A DNA stretch of 64,000 nucleotides from a virus (taxonomy: Duplodnaviria; Caudoviricetes): the IMG/VR virus record IMGVR_UViG_3300032007_000017. The stretch is one strand, 5' to 3'. Below the pieces are notes generated by a model. That model had not been told where the DNA came from, made no database searches, and saw only the letters and a program-made list of their open reading frames with translations. The position numbers were made by a program, and so were the translations under genes. The stretch's first letter is position 1, and each line of letters begins with the position of its first letter. Shown in pieces: positions 1-11,283 of this stretch.

Positions 1-193
1 CGCCGATAACTGTGCCTTTGTCTGTTACATTTACTTTTGGAAGGTTGTTAAAAATAGGATCACTCGAAATCTTGATACAATTGTATCTTCCATTTTGGGT
101 ATCCTTGCCGATAATGATACCCATAACTCTTCTTTGCTTGCCAAGTGAACCAATTTTGCAGGCTATTACCTGCCCTAATGCTAATTCTTCCAT
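1..193 (-). CDS. Hypothetical protein (MEELALGQVIAC...), runs off the window start
   Basis: ATG at 193 with AAGGAG RBS, open to position 1; early-type motif at 261-269. Confidence 0.6.
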   Translation of the reverse strand, partial: MEELALGQVIACKIGSLGKQRRVMGIIIGKDTQNGRYNCIKISSDPIFNNLPKVNVTDKGTVIG

Positions 194-294
194 TCTTTAT
201 ATCTCCTTTATAGTATATTTGAGATAGGAGAACTGGCCATATCCTCTTATCCCATCATAATAATAATATATCTTCAAAGGATTTAATAATTACG

Positions 295-325
295 AAAAAA
301 GAAAAGGCCCGAAGGCCTTTTCTTA
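295..325 (-). terminator. Intrinsic terminator with c(UUCG)g loop
   Basis: AAAAGGCC-TTCG-GGCCTTTT plus T-run on minus strand after the beta'-C stop. Confidence 0.8.
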
Positions 326-2803
326 TTATTCTTCGACATCAAGGATTTCAGAATCATCCTCAAATTCAGAACTATCTGCTGTAACCTTATCACTATCTTC
401 CAATTTCGTAAACGGCTCATAAAGCTCACCAGGATCACGCTTTACAACCTCTGTATCAGCAGGAGTAATATCCCTAATGACAAGCTGAGGTTTATTCATA
501 AAGAATAGATCCATAAAGCTAGGACCATGCTTACGATAGGTAAGAGGATCATACAAAGCTCTTGTAATCTTCTGATAAGACAGTGCGATTGTTACGGAAG
601 GATTCTTTGTAAGAGCCTCATCAAGAGTAAGTATACGATAAGGAGGATTAATTTGATCCCAATCGGGACGTTCCAGTACATCGTCGATATCCCTAATCTG
701 ATTAGACAGGATGAGCTCGTAATGTACAGCACTAATGTCCATACTTCCTTCAATGTTGGTGTCGAGAATCTGTTGCAAGAGTTCCGGAATGGTGTCATAA
801 CGTTTAACTTCTTCTCCTCTATTATAGAGATGCTTAAGCTTATTCAAGATCTTGATAAGCTCATTGTTTTGCACTTTGAGATAAAACAGAGGAATATCAG
901 AAAGTGCAGAAATGGGAATATTCAGCCTTTCTCCAGAAGGTGTAGCCTTCTTACGAATTACAGCATTCATCTCATTTGTAAGATAGAGATGCTCATGATT
1001 TTTCGTACGAATAGTCCAACTCTGGCCTGTCGATTTCTGGACAATTTCAAACTCAGAAATATACTCATCGTAATTTTCAGAGTCATCATCATCCTCATCG
1101 GTATCTGCTTCAATAGCATCTTTACGAATGTACATACGGAAGTCAGACGGATTATCGACATACTGACTGATACGAATAACAGTATTCTCCATATCAAACA
1201 GCTTATCGAATCCTTCTTCCCATTCAATACGATCGACAGACGCTTCAAGAATGTGTTTTGCGGAGAGTTGCTTCTGAGTTTGCTTTGCTGTAATCAACTC
1301 AGATGCAATACGTCCAATATTGATACCCTGTTTGGTAACAATATCAAATACAGAATATGCGAGATTACCATAGCACCTATAGCATACACCCTGCCCTCTA
1401 GCAGCAGATGCACAAGTGCACGGAGATCTAAGATAGATAGTCTTTCCAATCAGATGCTTATCTCTCTTATAATTGATCTCCATCTCTCGTCCCATAGGAT
1501 CCAAACGATAAAATCTAAGATTCAGATGTTTTAAATGTCCATCTGTCTTGACTATCGTAGGAATAAGATTACGAGAATGACAATCATAATTAGGATCAGG
1601 ATACAGATACGAATCCATGTTATTCAGTGACATGATTCGTGCAAGAGTACCCGATTTAGAGACGTTCTTAAACTTCAAGATCTGAGCAATACGAGAAGTA
1701 GAACTCTCGATAAAGTAATTAACCGGATCAATCAGACCTCCACCAATGAATGATGTATCTGCGATCTCGGGGAAGATACCTCCTCGGCCATCCGGCTTAA
1801 TTCCGATAGCAATAGTAAATTCTGCATATTGCTTCGGATTAATACCTTCATTTGCTCTCCAAGCATCAGCAAGACAATGATCATATCCAAGAAGTTTCTT
1901 AGAAACTTCAATACGTTCAATTGATGTTCTAGCATCAGCCATGATAGCAGACTTAACTTGGTCAACCTGAAGACCAGAATAAGATCCATGAAGCGCTTTA
2001 AAGAACTTTGGATCTCTATCCATCAATTCTGCAGAGTCTTCAAGATTAAGAGTATTGCAAAGATAGTTTGCAAACTGCTCAATATCATGATAATGATACA
2101 GAGTATCAGAAATCGTAATACTGAGCTCTCTTGTAGAGTGAGTAATGCGATTATCATTGATGACAAAATCATCAATATAATTCTTGATATCTTTTGCAGT
2201 AATATTCTTAGGGAAGAATAGATTCTTAGGTTTAACCTTCTGTCCGATAAAGATGATTGGCTTCCACATAATAAGATTGAAGAAGTAATCAGGAATAGAC
2301 AGATGGCAAATCTTTCCTCTACCGAAATTGATCTCTAAGAAATACTTTTGCACATACAATGAGAAGATACCATCTTTAAGGATATTGATAATCCCTCTAT
2401 AGTGATCTTCCCAGTTATCTTTATTGATCTTAGCGACATCGACAGTCATCTTAAGACCAAGAGCAATCGACTTATAAGGTCCATAGTTGTCGAAATTCTC
2501 AAGAGGATTCTTTCTCATATCACAGGGGACAGAGTTAGAAATAGCATCTTGAATTTCTTTCTTTCTTGCAGCAACAAAAGCTGGCATGTCAGTTACCTCT
2601 TCTGGACTAATTGCTTCAAGAAGCTCCGGAGAACCATATTCATTAACAACATCGTAGAGTTTATCTACTTCGACTTGCTGTTGAATACGGTCTTGTTCAG
2701 TATCCTCATCATCATCTTCTTCTCTTGGATAGAGATGCAGATTATTGAATACCTTTTCCAATCGCTTAAGTTCAAGTGTTTGCTTATCGTACATGTGTGT
2801 CAT
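326..2803 (-). CDS. rpoC: RNA polymerase beta'-like subunit, C-terminal half (probably non-virion RNAP)
   Basis: Bridge-helix-like SKSGTLARIM; Zn site LRSPCTC...GVCYRCYG; trigger-loop-like IGRIASELITAKQTQKQLSAKH; no DFDGD catalytic loop, so split subunit. Confidence 0.9.
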   Translation of the reverse strand: MTHMYDKQTLELKRLEKVFNNLHLYPREEDDDEDTEQDRIQQQVEVDKLYDVVNEYGSPELLEAISPEEVTDMPAFVAARKKEIQDAISNSVPCDMRKNPLENFDNYGPYKSIALGLKMTVDVAKINKDNWEDHYRGIINILKDGIFSLYVQKYFLEINFGRGKICHLSIPDYFFNLIMWKPIIFIGQKVKPKNLFFPKNITAKDIKNYIDDFVINDNRITHSTRELSITISDTLYHYHDIEQFANYLCNTLNLEDSAELMDRDPKFFKALHGSYSGLQVDQVKSAIMADARTSIERIEVSKKLLGYDHCLADAWRANEGINPKQYAEFTIAIGIKPDGRGGIFPEIADTSFIGGGLIDPVNYFIESSTSRIAQILKFKNVSKSGTLARIMSLNNMDSYLYPDPNYDCHSRNLIPTIVKTDGHLKHLNLRFYRLDPMGREMEINYKRDKHLIGKTIYLRSPCTCASAARGQGVCYRCYGNLAYSVFDIVTKQGINIGRIASELITAKQTQKQLSAKHILEASVDRIEWEEGFDKLFDMENTVIRISQYVDNPSDFRMYIRKDAIEADTDEDDDDSENYDEYISEFEIVQKSTGQSWTIRTKNHEHLYLTNEMNAVIRKKATPSGERLNIPISALSDIPLFYLKVQNNELIKILNKLKHLYNRGEEVKRYDTIPELLQQILDTNIEGSMDISAVHYELILSNQIRDIDDVLERPDWDQINPPYRILTLDEALTKNPSVTIALSYQKITRALYDPLTYRKHGPSFMDLFFMNKPQLVIRDITPADTEVVKRDPGELYEPFTKLEDSDKVTADSSEFEDDSEILDVEE

Positions 2804-2849
2804 TCCTCCATAATCATAGAGTTATCAAAAAGTTAAAGAATGGGTAAAT

Positions 2850-3197
2850 TTATACCCATTCTTTAACCTGAACTTCTCCAACAGAATTAAATCCTACTAA
2901 TGCTACTTCTTGTGTATTATCGGTAGGATTGATCTTATGAATAAAGCAATCATAAGTCTCTGCTGTTCTTGGATTGCAGAATGCCATCTGAGGAGTATGA
3001 AAATCTTCAATATTATTAATCTTCTTCAGGCAGTCTGCATATGAAAGAGTCCATTCGATATTATATTTCTTAGAAAGCAGCATCTCATCTGTGATGTCTG
3101 GATAGAAATGAGCTTCTGCTTTTTCGCCAGAGTATTTTGCTACTCCAGTATGATGATAGTATTTATCCTTCTTAGGATCTAGGTATGATTTAGCCAT
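2850..3197 (-). CDS. Hypothetical protein
   Basis: 115-aa ORF in a packed minus-strand operon. Confidence 0.7.
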   Translation of the reverse strand: MAKSYLDPKKDKYYHHTGVAKYSGEKAEAHFYPDITDEMLLSKKYNIEWTLSYADCLKKINNIEDFHTPQMAFCNPRTAETYDCFIHKINPTDNTQEVALVGFNSVGEVQVKEWV

Positions 3198-3375
3198 GTT
3201 TATTACTTGTAAGCAAACCTAATGTGATAATGAAATATCTACATTGGTCATAGCTTATTCCTTTCTCTCGATATTTCTTAAAACATTCTGATCCTTGTTC
3301 AGGAAAGTTCTCTTTCATGAACTCGGCATCATCTTCAGTCCAATTTGCTTTCTTTCTGGTTTCTCTGTAAGGCAC
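3190..3375 (-). CDS. Small Myb/SANT-like HTH protein
   Basis: WTEDDAEFMKENFPEQG resembles the WT.EED Myb-like start; AAGGA RBS. Confidence 0.5.
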   Translation of the reverse strand: MPYRETRKKANWTEDDAEFMKENFPEQGSECFKKYREKGISYDQCRYFIITLGLLTSNKHG

Positions 3376-3389
3376 GGTTCATCATCCTT

Positions 3390-3626
3390 TTATATAAATT
3401 TTGCTTGATCTGACTCTATTATAGCTGTTGCTATAACTTCTGAAATAGATGAAATAGGGATTGATACCCTAACTGGTTTCATTCTTATTGGTCTTTCAGG
3501 TGTTGGATCTTTAAACAATGTGATATCAATTAAATTCGTTTTGCGATTATAATCTACTCCTAATATAATCGCATCTTCAACAAATAATTTACATATCTCA
3601 TTCAATGATTTATTGTTATTATCCAT
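3390..3626 (-). CDS. Hypothetical protein
   Basis: 78-aa ORF with GGGGGTG RBS. Confidence 0.65.
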   Translation of the reverse strand: MDNNNKSLNEICKLFVEDAIILGVDYNRKTNLIDITLFKDPTPERPIRMKPVRVSIPISSISEVIATAIIESDQAKFI

Positions 3627-3706
3627 AAATACACCCCCATAGAAAAGTTACTACCCGAGTTAACGGGTAGTAACTTCATTTTTATAATATCTTTCTGATC
3701 TGATCT

Positions 3707-4135
3707 TTAGTCTTCAAGATAGCTCTTGGGAACATATTTAGCTACAAAGTTTGTACGAGCATTCTCTGCATAGGTCTTAGCAGCATCACCATACTCGCCG
3801 ATCAGTTCATTCATCAGTCTACGCTCTTCAGCACGATGACGAACTAACTCATTCCAACGCTCATCCTCATTCTCTTTAGCCATATGAGAAACAACCAACT
3901 CCATAGCATGATCAGTATATTCCTCATTAGCAAGAGCTTCAAGCGTATCACCAGAAATGATGTCATTCTCGATCAGATATTTAGCCTCAGGGCCAGTTAC
4001 AAATTCATGAAGCTTACTCTTGGAAAGACGAGAAAGCTCCTGGAAGATAAAAGCCTCCTGAAGGGGCTTGGTGTCTTTAAAGATACTCTTAGGTGCTAAA
4101 GTAGCACTCTCATCAAACAAAATGGACGTAGCCAT
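3707..4135 (-). CDS. Hypothetical protein (late promoter)
   Basis: AAGGAGG RBS; AACA-N6-TA at 4168-4179. Confidence 0.8.
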   Translation of the reverse strand: MATSILFDESATLAPKSIFKDTKPLQEAFIFQELSRLSKSKLHEFVTGPEAKYLIENDIISGDTLEALANEEYTDHAMELVVSHMAKENEDERWNELVRHRAEERRLMNELIGEYGDAAKTYAENARTNFVAKYVPKSYLED

Positions 4136-4273
4136 CTATAATTCCTCCTTAAAAATTGGAATCGAATTAATTGATTGTTGATTGCATATTATTAATGTGA
4201 AAGGAGATAGAAAAGATTAATGAGATTTTTCAAAACATTTATCAATTTGCTTTAATTAAAGGAGGATGAAAAT

Positions 4274-4666
4274 ATGTTTCAGATTACAGTTTCTTCGTTG
4301 GATTGTAGTTTTGGAAAATATGCCAGTCTAACGATTGATTTTGAGTATGATAAGAATGCTAAGCTTCTTAATGCTTTATCTAATTTCAAGAAGAAGCTCT
4401 ATACTCAAATGATAAGTGTAGGAATTGATAACGATGAGTTGTCTGCTATTGGAGGAAATATCTTTCATAGTGATGATAATATTATCCCCAGTATTAAAAC
4501 CATCTTTGATGGTATTCCTGAATGCACTAAGTTCGATATCAACCGAGTAAGCGATAATATAATTCGGTGGGATATCGAGTTAGATCAATCTGCCGAAAAT
4601 TATGATAATTTGATAGCGGCTTTCGAGAAATTCACTAGTTATCTCGAATCTACTATCGAATTATAA
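4274..4666 (+). CDS. Hypothetical protein
   Basis: 130 aa, AAGGAGG RBS. Confidence 0.75.
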   Translation: MFQITVSSLDCSFGKYASLTIDFEYDKNAKLLNALSNFKKKLYTQMISVGIDNDELSAIGGNIFHSDDNIIPSIKTIFDGIPECTKFDINRVSDNIIRWDIELDQSAENYDNLIAAFEKFTSYLESTIEL

Positions 4667-4679
4667 GAAGGAGAAAATT

Positions 4680-5120
4680 ATGGAGCTTTTAATCCCATGG
4701 TCAAGAGGTATTCGAGAAGAGGTCAAGCAGATTTACAATCTGCTTGAAGAATACGAATCTAAAATAGCATCATATGCAAAAGATGGATATAAGTTTTCAG
4801 AAGTCTTTGTTGGTGCATATTATGCATCGTTCAAAGTATATTGCTTCTATAATGCAGAATTCAATGCATTATTTTCTAATTTATGCACATCTTCTTGGTC
4901 ATTAGAAGATGTAGTAAAGAAAGAACTTCAGCAAAATTGCACTATTTCTGCTGAGTATAAGTGGAAGCCTGATAATAATGAAATCCGAAGAATTATGATT
5001 TCTGCAACAGAGTTTTCATCATATCAGCCAGTCGTTAATACTCTTAAAATGGCAATTAGACGTATACCAATAGATTTTAATAAGTATGAAGCGGATGATG
5101 ATGAGGAGGAGGATGACTAA
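4680..5120 (+). CDS. Hypothetical protein with acidic tail
   Basis: 146 aa, AAGGAG RBS. Confidence 0.75.
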   Translation: MELLIPWSRGIREEVKQIYNLLEEYESKIASYAKDGYKFSEVFVGAYYASFKVYCFYNAEFNALFSNLCTSSWSLEDVVKKELQQNCTISAEYKWKPDNNEIRRIMISATEFSSYQPVVNTLKMAIRRIPIDFNKYEADDDEEEDD

Positions 5121-5171
5121 AATATACTTCTCTTAAAACGATTTAATAAGTAAATCTCAAAGGAGAATATC

Positions 5172-7334
5172 ATGAGTAGATATGCAGAAATGAGACTAGC
5201 TAAATCTATGCCTGAAATAGTTCCTGATACAAACTTTAAAGGAATTTATAAGGACAATTTAGCAGTCAAGAATTATCGAGAATCTGCTATTGAATGTCTT
5301 CAGCTATATTTTCCTGAATTGAATATAACTGAAATCTCGTATGGTGTCGATAGAGCTATTGCTGAGAATATCAAGTATCACAAAGCTACTATCGATAATT
5401 CATATAAGAAACAAACAGTAGAGACAACTATACCTGAATTAGCACACTATATTTTATCTAAGAAGCCTATCATGACTACCTATGGATGTTTATTTACTCA
5501 GCATGCTGAGGTACCACATCCATTCTACTACATGGTAGATAACTTCATCAACCAGCGCGATGTAGTGAAGAAAGAAATGTTTAAACATCCGAAAGGATCG
5601 TTTGACTTTCAGAAGTATTCACTACTTCAGCTACTGTATAAGCTTGACGCGAATGCATTCTATGGTGCAATCGGTATGCCGAGCTGCTTCTATTATAACT
5701 TCTATACTGCGGCTTCTGTTACAGCTCAAGGTAGAAGTCTTAATAGTGCAATGGCATTGTTCTTTGAGATGTTTCTCGATAACAATGTCCCGTTTGGAAG
5801 TCTAAATGAGGTAGTTACATTTATTCAGCATACGATTCACGATTCTTATAGTATCGATGATCATATGATTCTGAATCATGTACCTGGGCCTCAGGAAACT
5901 TTCTATAAGATTATCACTTCCTGTGGATTCAATTATGTCCCCTCTGAAGAGGATATGATGATCTTATGGAAAATGATTAATCAATTAGATCAGCCCGAAC
6001 TCAATAGGCTTTATTATCGTAATAATCTCTATGAGTTCTGTGATAATGTCTATGTATCCGATCTGATTGTAAGAATCCTTTGTAAGCTTGATAGTGAGTG
6101 GGGAGACTCGAATAAAGTTCCCGAAGAAGTTAAACCCGAAGTCTCTGAGCTTCTCGACTTACTGAGAGAGTATGTCTTTTATAATCATCAGATTATCGAT
6201 AGACTGGATAAGATGGAGAAGTTAATTCGTTCCGTCAGTATTATCCAAGATACCGATAGTGCTATAGTTTCGTATGATGCTTTCTATCGTTTCGTACTTC
6301 CCAAGACTAATGGGATTGATATGAAGATTAAGAGAACAGAGTACAACTATATCACTGAAAAGACTGAACCTGTAACTTATGATATCAAGGATTATGACTT
6401 TGGCAATGATGAAGTCATTGAACTTGAGAGAATGAGAAATCCGTTTGTGGTAATTCCTCAAGATCAACTTCGTCACTCCATTCTGTCAATTCTTGCACAT
6501 TGTATCTCTAAGTTGCTGAATGAGTATATGTATTCATATACTAAAAATTCTCAAGCATTTATTCCAGCAAATGAAAACTATCCTATTCCTAAGAATATGC
6601 AATGCTTGATCTTTGCGAAGACAGAGTTCTTAATGAAGCGAGTATTACTCACTGATGCTAAGAAGCATTATGGATCTAATATTGAGCTTCAAGAGGGAAA
6701 CTATGTTCCGAAGAGTGAAGCACTTGATACCAAAGGAATGGATGCATTCAATAAGTCCACTTCTAATGATGCTATTAAAGAGAGACTGAAGAAAGTTCTC
6801 TTTAATGAGATTCTTGATACTCCTGCAATTGAGCAGGTTAAAGTGATCAAAGCTCTTGCCATTATTGAAAAAGAAATATTCGATTCTATTCATAGTGGCA
6901 AGAAGGAATTCTATAAACCTGCAAAGGTAAAATCCAAAGCAGCTTATGGAGATCCTATGAGAATCCAAGGTATTAAAGCAAGTATTGCTTATAATGCTTT
7001 GCATCAAGATGGAACAGAAACACTAGACTTAGATCAACGAAATTCTATCGATATTGCAAAGTGCGATATCAATCTGAAGAATATCGGTAGGATTAAAGAA
7101 GATTTTCCTGATGTATATGAAAAGGCAGTTAAATTCTTGACTGACAATAAGTATTATGCAACAGGAATTGAGTCTATAGCAATTCCGATCAATGAGCCTG
7201 TTCCTCAGTGGTTATTACCATTTATCGCTTATGAGACAATCATCAGTGATAATGTAGGTAACTTCCCGCTTGAGTCTATTGGTATCATTCGCGGTAATCC
7301 AAACAACAATAAATCCAATATCGTACGATTCTAA
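5172..7334 (+). CDS. polB: Family B DNA polymerase, C-terminal part (motifs B and C) of a split enzyme
   Basis: QLLYKLDANAFYG (motif B), TAASVTAQGR, QDTDS (motif C), KKHY; lacks exonuclease and motif A. Confidence 0.88.
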   Translation: MSRYAEMRLAKSMPEIVPDTNFKGIYKDNLAVKNYRESAIECLQLYFPELNITEISYGVDRAIAENIKYHKATIDNSYKKQTVETTIPELAHYILSKKPIMTTYGCLFTQHAEVPHPFYYMVDNFINQRDVVKKEMFKHPKGSFDFQKYSLLQLLYKLDANAFYGAIGMPSCFYYNFYTAASVTAQGRSLNSAMALFFEMFLDNNVPFGSLNEVVTFIQHTIHDSYSIDDHMILNHVPGPQETFYKIITSCGFNYVPSEEDMMILWKMINQLDQPELNRLYYRNNLYEFCDNVYVSDLIVRILCKLDSEWGDSNKVPEEVKPEVSELLDLLREYVFYNHQIIDRLDKMEKLIRSVSIIQDTDSAIVSYDAFYRFVLPKTNGIDMKIKRTEYNYITEKTEPVTYDIKDYDFGNDEVIELERMRNPFVVIPQDQLRHSILSILAHCISKLLNEYMYSYTKNSQAFIPANENYPIPKNMQCLIFAKTEFLMKRVLLTDAKKHYGSNIELQEGNYVPKSEALDTKGMDAFNKSTSNDAIKERLKKVLFNEILDTPAIEQVKVIKALAIIEKEIFDSIHSGKKEFYKPAKVKSKAAYGDPMRIQGIKASIAYNALHQDGTETLDLDQRNSIDIAKCDINLKNIGRIKEDFPDVYEKAVKFLTDNKYYATGIESIAIPINEPVPQWLLPFIAYETIISDNVGNFPLESIGIIRGNPNNNKSNIVRF

Positions 7335-7353
7335 ATAAGAAAGGAATAAAAAT

Positions 7354-7893
7354 ATGAATACTATTGTCATTTCTGCATTCCCTGGCACTGGAAAGTCTTG
7401 GGCTGCTAAGAACTGCAATAATTTCTCTATCATTGATTCCGACAGCAGTAGTTATAAGAAGGAGCCTGGATGGGAAGATAAGTATGCTGAGTTTATCGAA
7501 TCCAAACTCGATACTGTTGACTTTATCTTCGTTTCTCAGCATGATGGTGTCAGAGCTGCTCTCCAAAAGAGAGGTATTCAGTTCTGCACTGTTGCTCCTG
7601 AGATTGATCCAATGGCTAAAGAAATTTATATTGGCCGTTGGCTCTTGAGAGACAATAGCCATATTAAGGATCTGAATCAGTGGATGAAGTTAATGGTCAA
7701 TAACTACGACCGTTGGGTTTCCAATGAAAATCAAGAGAAGTATGGCGCTCTCTTCTGCCTCAGACTTCCTGTTGGAACTTATCTGAATGACTATTTAACA
7801 GATCTGCATAATGTAGCATATCTGAGAAATGTCAACTATAATTTCCAGAAGCTCACACGTCCAGAAGAGGAAGAAAAAGAAGCAAATGATTAA
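7354..7893 (+). CDS. Small P-loop NTPase/kinase
   Basis: N-terminal Walker A VISAFPGTGKS followed by IIDSDSS. Confidence 0.75.
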   Translation: MNTIVISAFPGTGKSWAAKNCNNFSIIDSDSSSYKKEPGWEDKYAEFIESKLDTVDFIFVSQHDGVRAALQKRGIQFCTVAPEIDPMAKEIYIGRWLLRDNSHIKDLNQWMKLMVNNYDRWVSNENQEKYGALFCLRLPVGTYLNDYLTDLHNVAYLRNVNYNFQKLTRPEEEEKEAND

Positions 7894-7989
7894 GAAGAAG
7901 GGGAGAAATCCCCTTCTTTTTTATTTTTTACTAAATACTCCATCCTAAACAAATTAATTAAAATAATTAAGAAAAGGAGGATATTTCCA

Positions 7990-8796
7990 ATGACTAATAC
8001 AGAGCGATTTAATGTCGTATCTGAGAATGAGCTTACCGAAGTTATTTCTCATTTTAATACGGAATTCATTATGTCTATTATTGAACAAGCCATTCAGAAT
8101 AGATTTAGTCCTACTGCATATATGGCTAATCCAAATGTCGTTGATGCTTGGGATATGAATTTCAAACAGATTGTAGACTACTATGGATCAGTTGATGTAC
8201 AAGAGAGAATTGCTGCTCTTAGATTGTCTACATATGAAGAGATATGCAAAAGAATTTGTGATTATCATGGATTGATTTTTACAGTGGATGATGTAGATAT
8301 GTATACTGCAGCCCACTGTATTTATCATTTCTTTGTCTCAAATTATCTGCAGTATCTCGATCAATTCTTTGCAAATTATATCGTTCAGAATGCCGAGACT
8401 CTTTATGATGCTCTTGGTTTAGCAGAATCTACTAGATTCAGAGATGCTTCTAGTAGTTATGCAAGAACGGTCTTTAAAGATCCTAAACTTGGAGTTATTA
8501 GTGCTAATATCGATATGGTTGTAAACTATATTGCTGGAGCAGATATTCATCTTGAAGATATAATCCAGAACTGTGGTTTACAACCGCAAGAAGCACAATA
8601 TCTGCTAAGTATTGTTAGTGATGGTAATGGTACCTTTTATAGAGATCATTATCTTGCTACTATCATGAATGACTATGTCAAACCTATTCGTTTAAATAGT
8701 ATTCGATTCATCATCAGAAGTATTGCAGGATTTAATGATGAAATTCTTGCTCCTATGATGCTTCAGTCGACTGATGTAATCGATCCTCAATTCTAA
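7990..8796 (+). CDS. Hypothetical protein
   Basis: 268 aa, AAGGAGG RBS. Confidence 0.8.
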   Translation: MTNTERFNVVSENELTEVISHFNTEFIMSIIEQAIQNRFSPTAYMANPNVVDAWDMNFKQIVDYYGSVDVQERIAALRLSTYEEICKRICDYHGLIFTVDDVDMYTAAHCIYHFFVSNYLQYLDQFFANYIVQNAETLYDALGLAESTRFRDASSSYARTVFKDPKLGVISANIDMVVNYIAGADIHLEDIIQNCGLQPQEAQYLLSIVSDGNGTFYRDHYLATIMNDYVKPIRLNSIRFIIRSIAGFNDEILAPMMLQSTDVIDPQF

Positions 8797-8810
8797 AAAG
8801 GAGATTTATC

Positions 8811-10214
8811 ATGAGCAATTTCTATCAGAAACCGATCAACAATCCCAATGCAAATCGTGTACAGATTGTCGCTCCTAAGAAAGAAGAAGAGACTACTAAG
8901 GAGCCTACAGTTAAGGGTCATTGCTTGAACCTTGATGGTACTGACTTCGATATTCCGGCCAGTGTCATTCATAAAAAAACAGAAAATGAGCCCGAAGCAG
9001 TAGAGCCTGAGAATTCAGAAGAGGTTGATATCGATACCGGAGATGATACTCTCAATAAAGTAATCAAAGAGGCTGTTAAGAATGCCGAAGAGAATGAGGA
9101 TATTCATAAGATCCGTGAGCTTCAGGAAAAGGAATATGGCTCTCGTGATATAGATGAATTGACTCCTTCTGATGCTGAGAAGCTTGAGAATAATATCATC
9201 AAAAAGGTAGAGACTTTCCCTCTTGATGCTGCTGGAAAGCCTGATTTCCGTAAACCTGGTCGTGAGGCTGCTCCTGCATCTGATGTGGATATTCTTCATA
9301 TTGAAGATCTCGATTCATTGGATCGTAAGAACTTTGAAGAGAATTTCAAGAATACTGCTGCTGCTCATGAGATTTCCGATGAGGCTGCTGCTGGCTTGAT
9401 TGATCTGATTATTGCTTATCGTAAGGATAAGTCGATCAGTGTTTACAATCATATGCCGGATGAAATTAAGAAGCAGGTTAGAGAGCTCTGCGCGAAGAAT
9501 GGTGTTCCTGCTAATCAAGTAAATGTCATGGCTAAGATGATGCTTGAAGAGCTTATTACTGAAACTGCTACTGACCAGACTTTTATTGACTTTGATAAGT
9601 CTATTAAGGAAGCTATGAAAATTCCTAGCCTGGTTGATATGTATGAAGATCAGAATGCTGAGAATATTCTCGAGAAGCTTCCTAAGATGGCTGATGCTAT
9701 TCAGGAAGAAGATCCAGAAAAAGCTCAGATGCTCAGAGATATTGCTAAGTCTTATGAGAAGGCTGTTACCTTTAGCTTTGCTAAAGAACAGTATGATTCC
9801 GTAGCTCGTATTCGTAAGCATGTACGTCGTGACTATAACGATTGGAATCGTTTTGCAAAAGAACTCAATCTCGGTAATGAAAAGACCAGCTTCCGTATGC
9901 CTGATGCTACTACTCTTGAGCCTATTGTCTGCAAAGTTATTTGGGCTGAAGATACCGATATCACTACAGATGAAATTCATAAGTTCCTTACACTGATCTT
10001 CCGTCATTGTGCCAATCTCGATAAGAATAATGTGGTAGATGCAGCTTACATCTATTATCTTCTGAAGAATATCTCTATGCTTGCTTACATCAATGATGAT
10101 AGCAGAGATAATGCCGAGTCCTTCTCCGCGGAACTTATTAGTAATATCAAGACTTTGATTTACTATATAAGAGCCAAGGAGAGTGAGTTCAATGGTAATC
10201 AGTCCAAACACTGA
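8811..10214 (+). CDS. Hypothetical protein, acidic N-terminus, helical C-terminus
   Basis: 467 aa, AAGGAG RBS. Confidence 0.8.
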   Translation: MSNFYQKPINNPNANRVQIVAPKKEEETTKEPTVKGHCLNLDGTDFDIPASVIHKKTENEPEAVEPENSEEVDIDTGDDTLNKVIKEAVKNAEENEDIHKIRELQEKEYGSRDIDELTPSDAEKLENNIIKKVETFPLDAAGKPDFRKPGREAAPASDVDILHIEDLDSLDRKNFEENFKNTAAAHEISDEAAAGLIDLIIAYRKDKSISVYNHMPDEIKKQVRELCAKNGVPANQVNVMAKMMLEELITETATDQTFIDFDKSIKEAMKIPSLVDMYEDQNAENILEKLPKMADAIQEEDPEKAQMLRDIAKSYEKAVTFSFAKEQYDSVARIRKHVRRDYNDWNRFAKELNLGNEKTSFRMPDATTLEPIVCKVIWAEDTDITTDEIHKFLTLIFRHCANLDKNNVVDAAYIYYLLKNISMLAYINDDSRDNAESFSAELISNIKTLIYYIRAKESEFNGNQSKH

Positions 10215-11283
10215 ATGCACTTGTATGAACGTTGTAAATGGACCCATTGCGGAATTAGGTTCTTATTTACAGCTTAGTTTTAATAGTGGTCTTAAAGACT
10301 ACACTGTTCCTGTATATGTCGGCAAACTGTATACAATCAAGTGGTATAACCCTGATATGCAACAGTATGTGACAACCTCTGGAACGATTACTGGTATCAG
10401 TCAAGAATACATTGCTCAGAATTGTGTCAGGCTCTTAGATCAATATGGTAATGTATGCTTGAATGCTAATTTAGATCGTCTCAGTGGATTGATTTCTAAT
10501 GAAACTTATACGATTATGACCTCTAATATTGCCGCTATTGCTGCAATTGAAGAGCATACTCCAGTCGATCCCATTACTCCAGTTGAAAGGAGTGAACAAT
10601 TCGTGGCCGTACTCGGTATATCTTCTATGATCGTAAGATCTGTTATTGTCAGACTGAAGATCTTCGAAGATGATGTACAACATACTGTAACACCTGTCGA
10701 TATGGCAGTTGGAAATTCTTATCATGTAACGTGGTATAATCCTAATACCAATTCTGTCTATGAATTAACTGGCAGATTGGTTTTAATCGAGGAACTTCCG
10801 TTATATGGTAAAGAACCTACAACAAATGGATATGTACGTCAGGATCAAGCACAGCAAGCTGGTGACAGCAATAATGTGTATGATCCTAATTATTTTCATA
10901 ATCTTCCTAAGCATAATCCTGATGGAGATAGAATTAGATTCTGCTTTGACTCTTCTTCTAACTTCGAATCAAAATGGGATTATGTGATGCTGAGGGATAT
11001 CAGAAGAGTAGAGTTGGTTGAACCTGGTCCGATACCTCCGGCTCCTGTGCCGCCGGTACCGCCTCCTATACCTCCTATTCCTCCTTGCCCTCCGCCTCCA
11101 TATCCCCCGGGACCTGGTCCGATACCTCCGTATCCTCCCCAGCCTCCCTATCCGCCTTATCCTCCGTATCCTCCCTGCCCTCCTGGACCGCCTCCTGGAC
11201 CTAAGCCTCCATTCGATCCGGTTCCTCATCCATTCCCTGAGGGAGAGCATACGATTCAGCCTGATGCTGGAGAAGAAGGTTAA
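10192..11283 (+). CDS. Putative virion protein with two beta-rich repeats and a polyproline tail
   Basis: Internal repeat YTIKWYNP/YHVTWYNP; about 70-aa Pro-rich tract; ATG 10192 follows AAGGAG. Confidence 0.7.
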   Translation: MVISPNTECTCMNVVNGPIAELGSYLQLSFNSGLKDYTVPVYVGKLYTIKWYNPDMQQYVTTSGTITGISQEYIAQNCVRLLDQYGNVCLNANLDRLSGLISNETYTIMTSNIAAIAAIEEHTPVDPITPVERSEQFVAVLGISSMIVRSVIVRLKIFEDDVQHTVTPVDMAVGNSYHVTWYNPNTNSVYELTGRLVLIEELPLYGKEPTTNGYVRQDQAQQAGDSNNVYDPNYFHNLPKHNPDGDRIRFCFDSSSNFESKWDYVMLRDIRRVELVEPGPIPPAPVPPVPPPIPPIPPCPPPPYPPGPGPIPPYPPQPPYPPYPPYPPCPPGPPPGPKPPFDPVPHPFPEGEHTIQPDAGEEG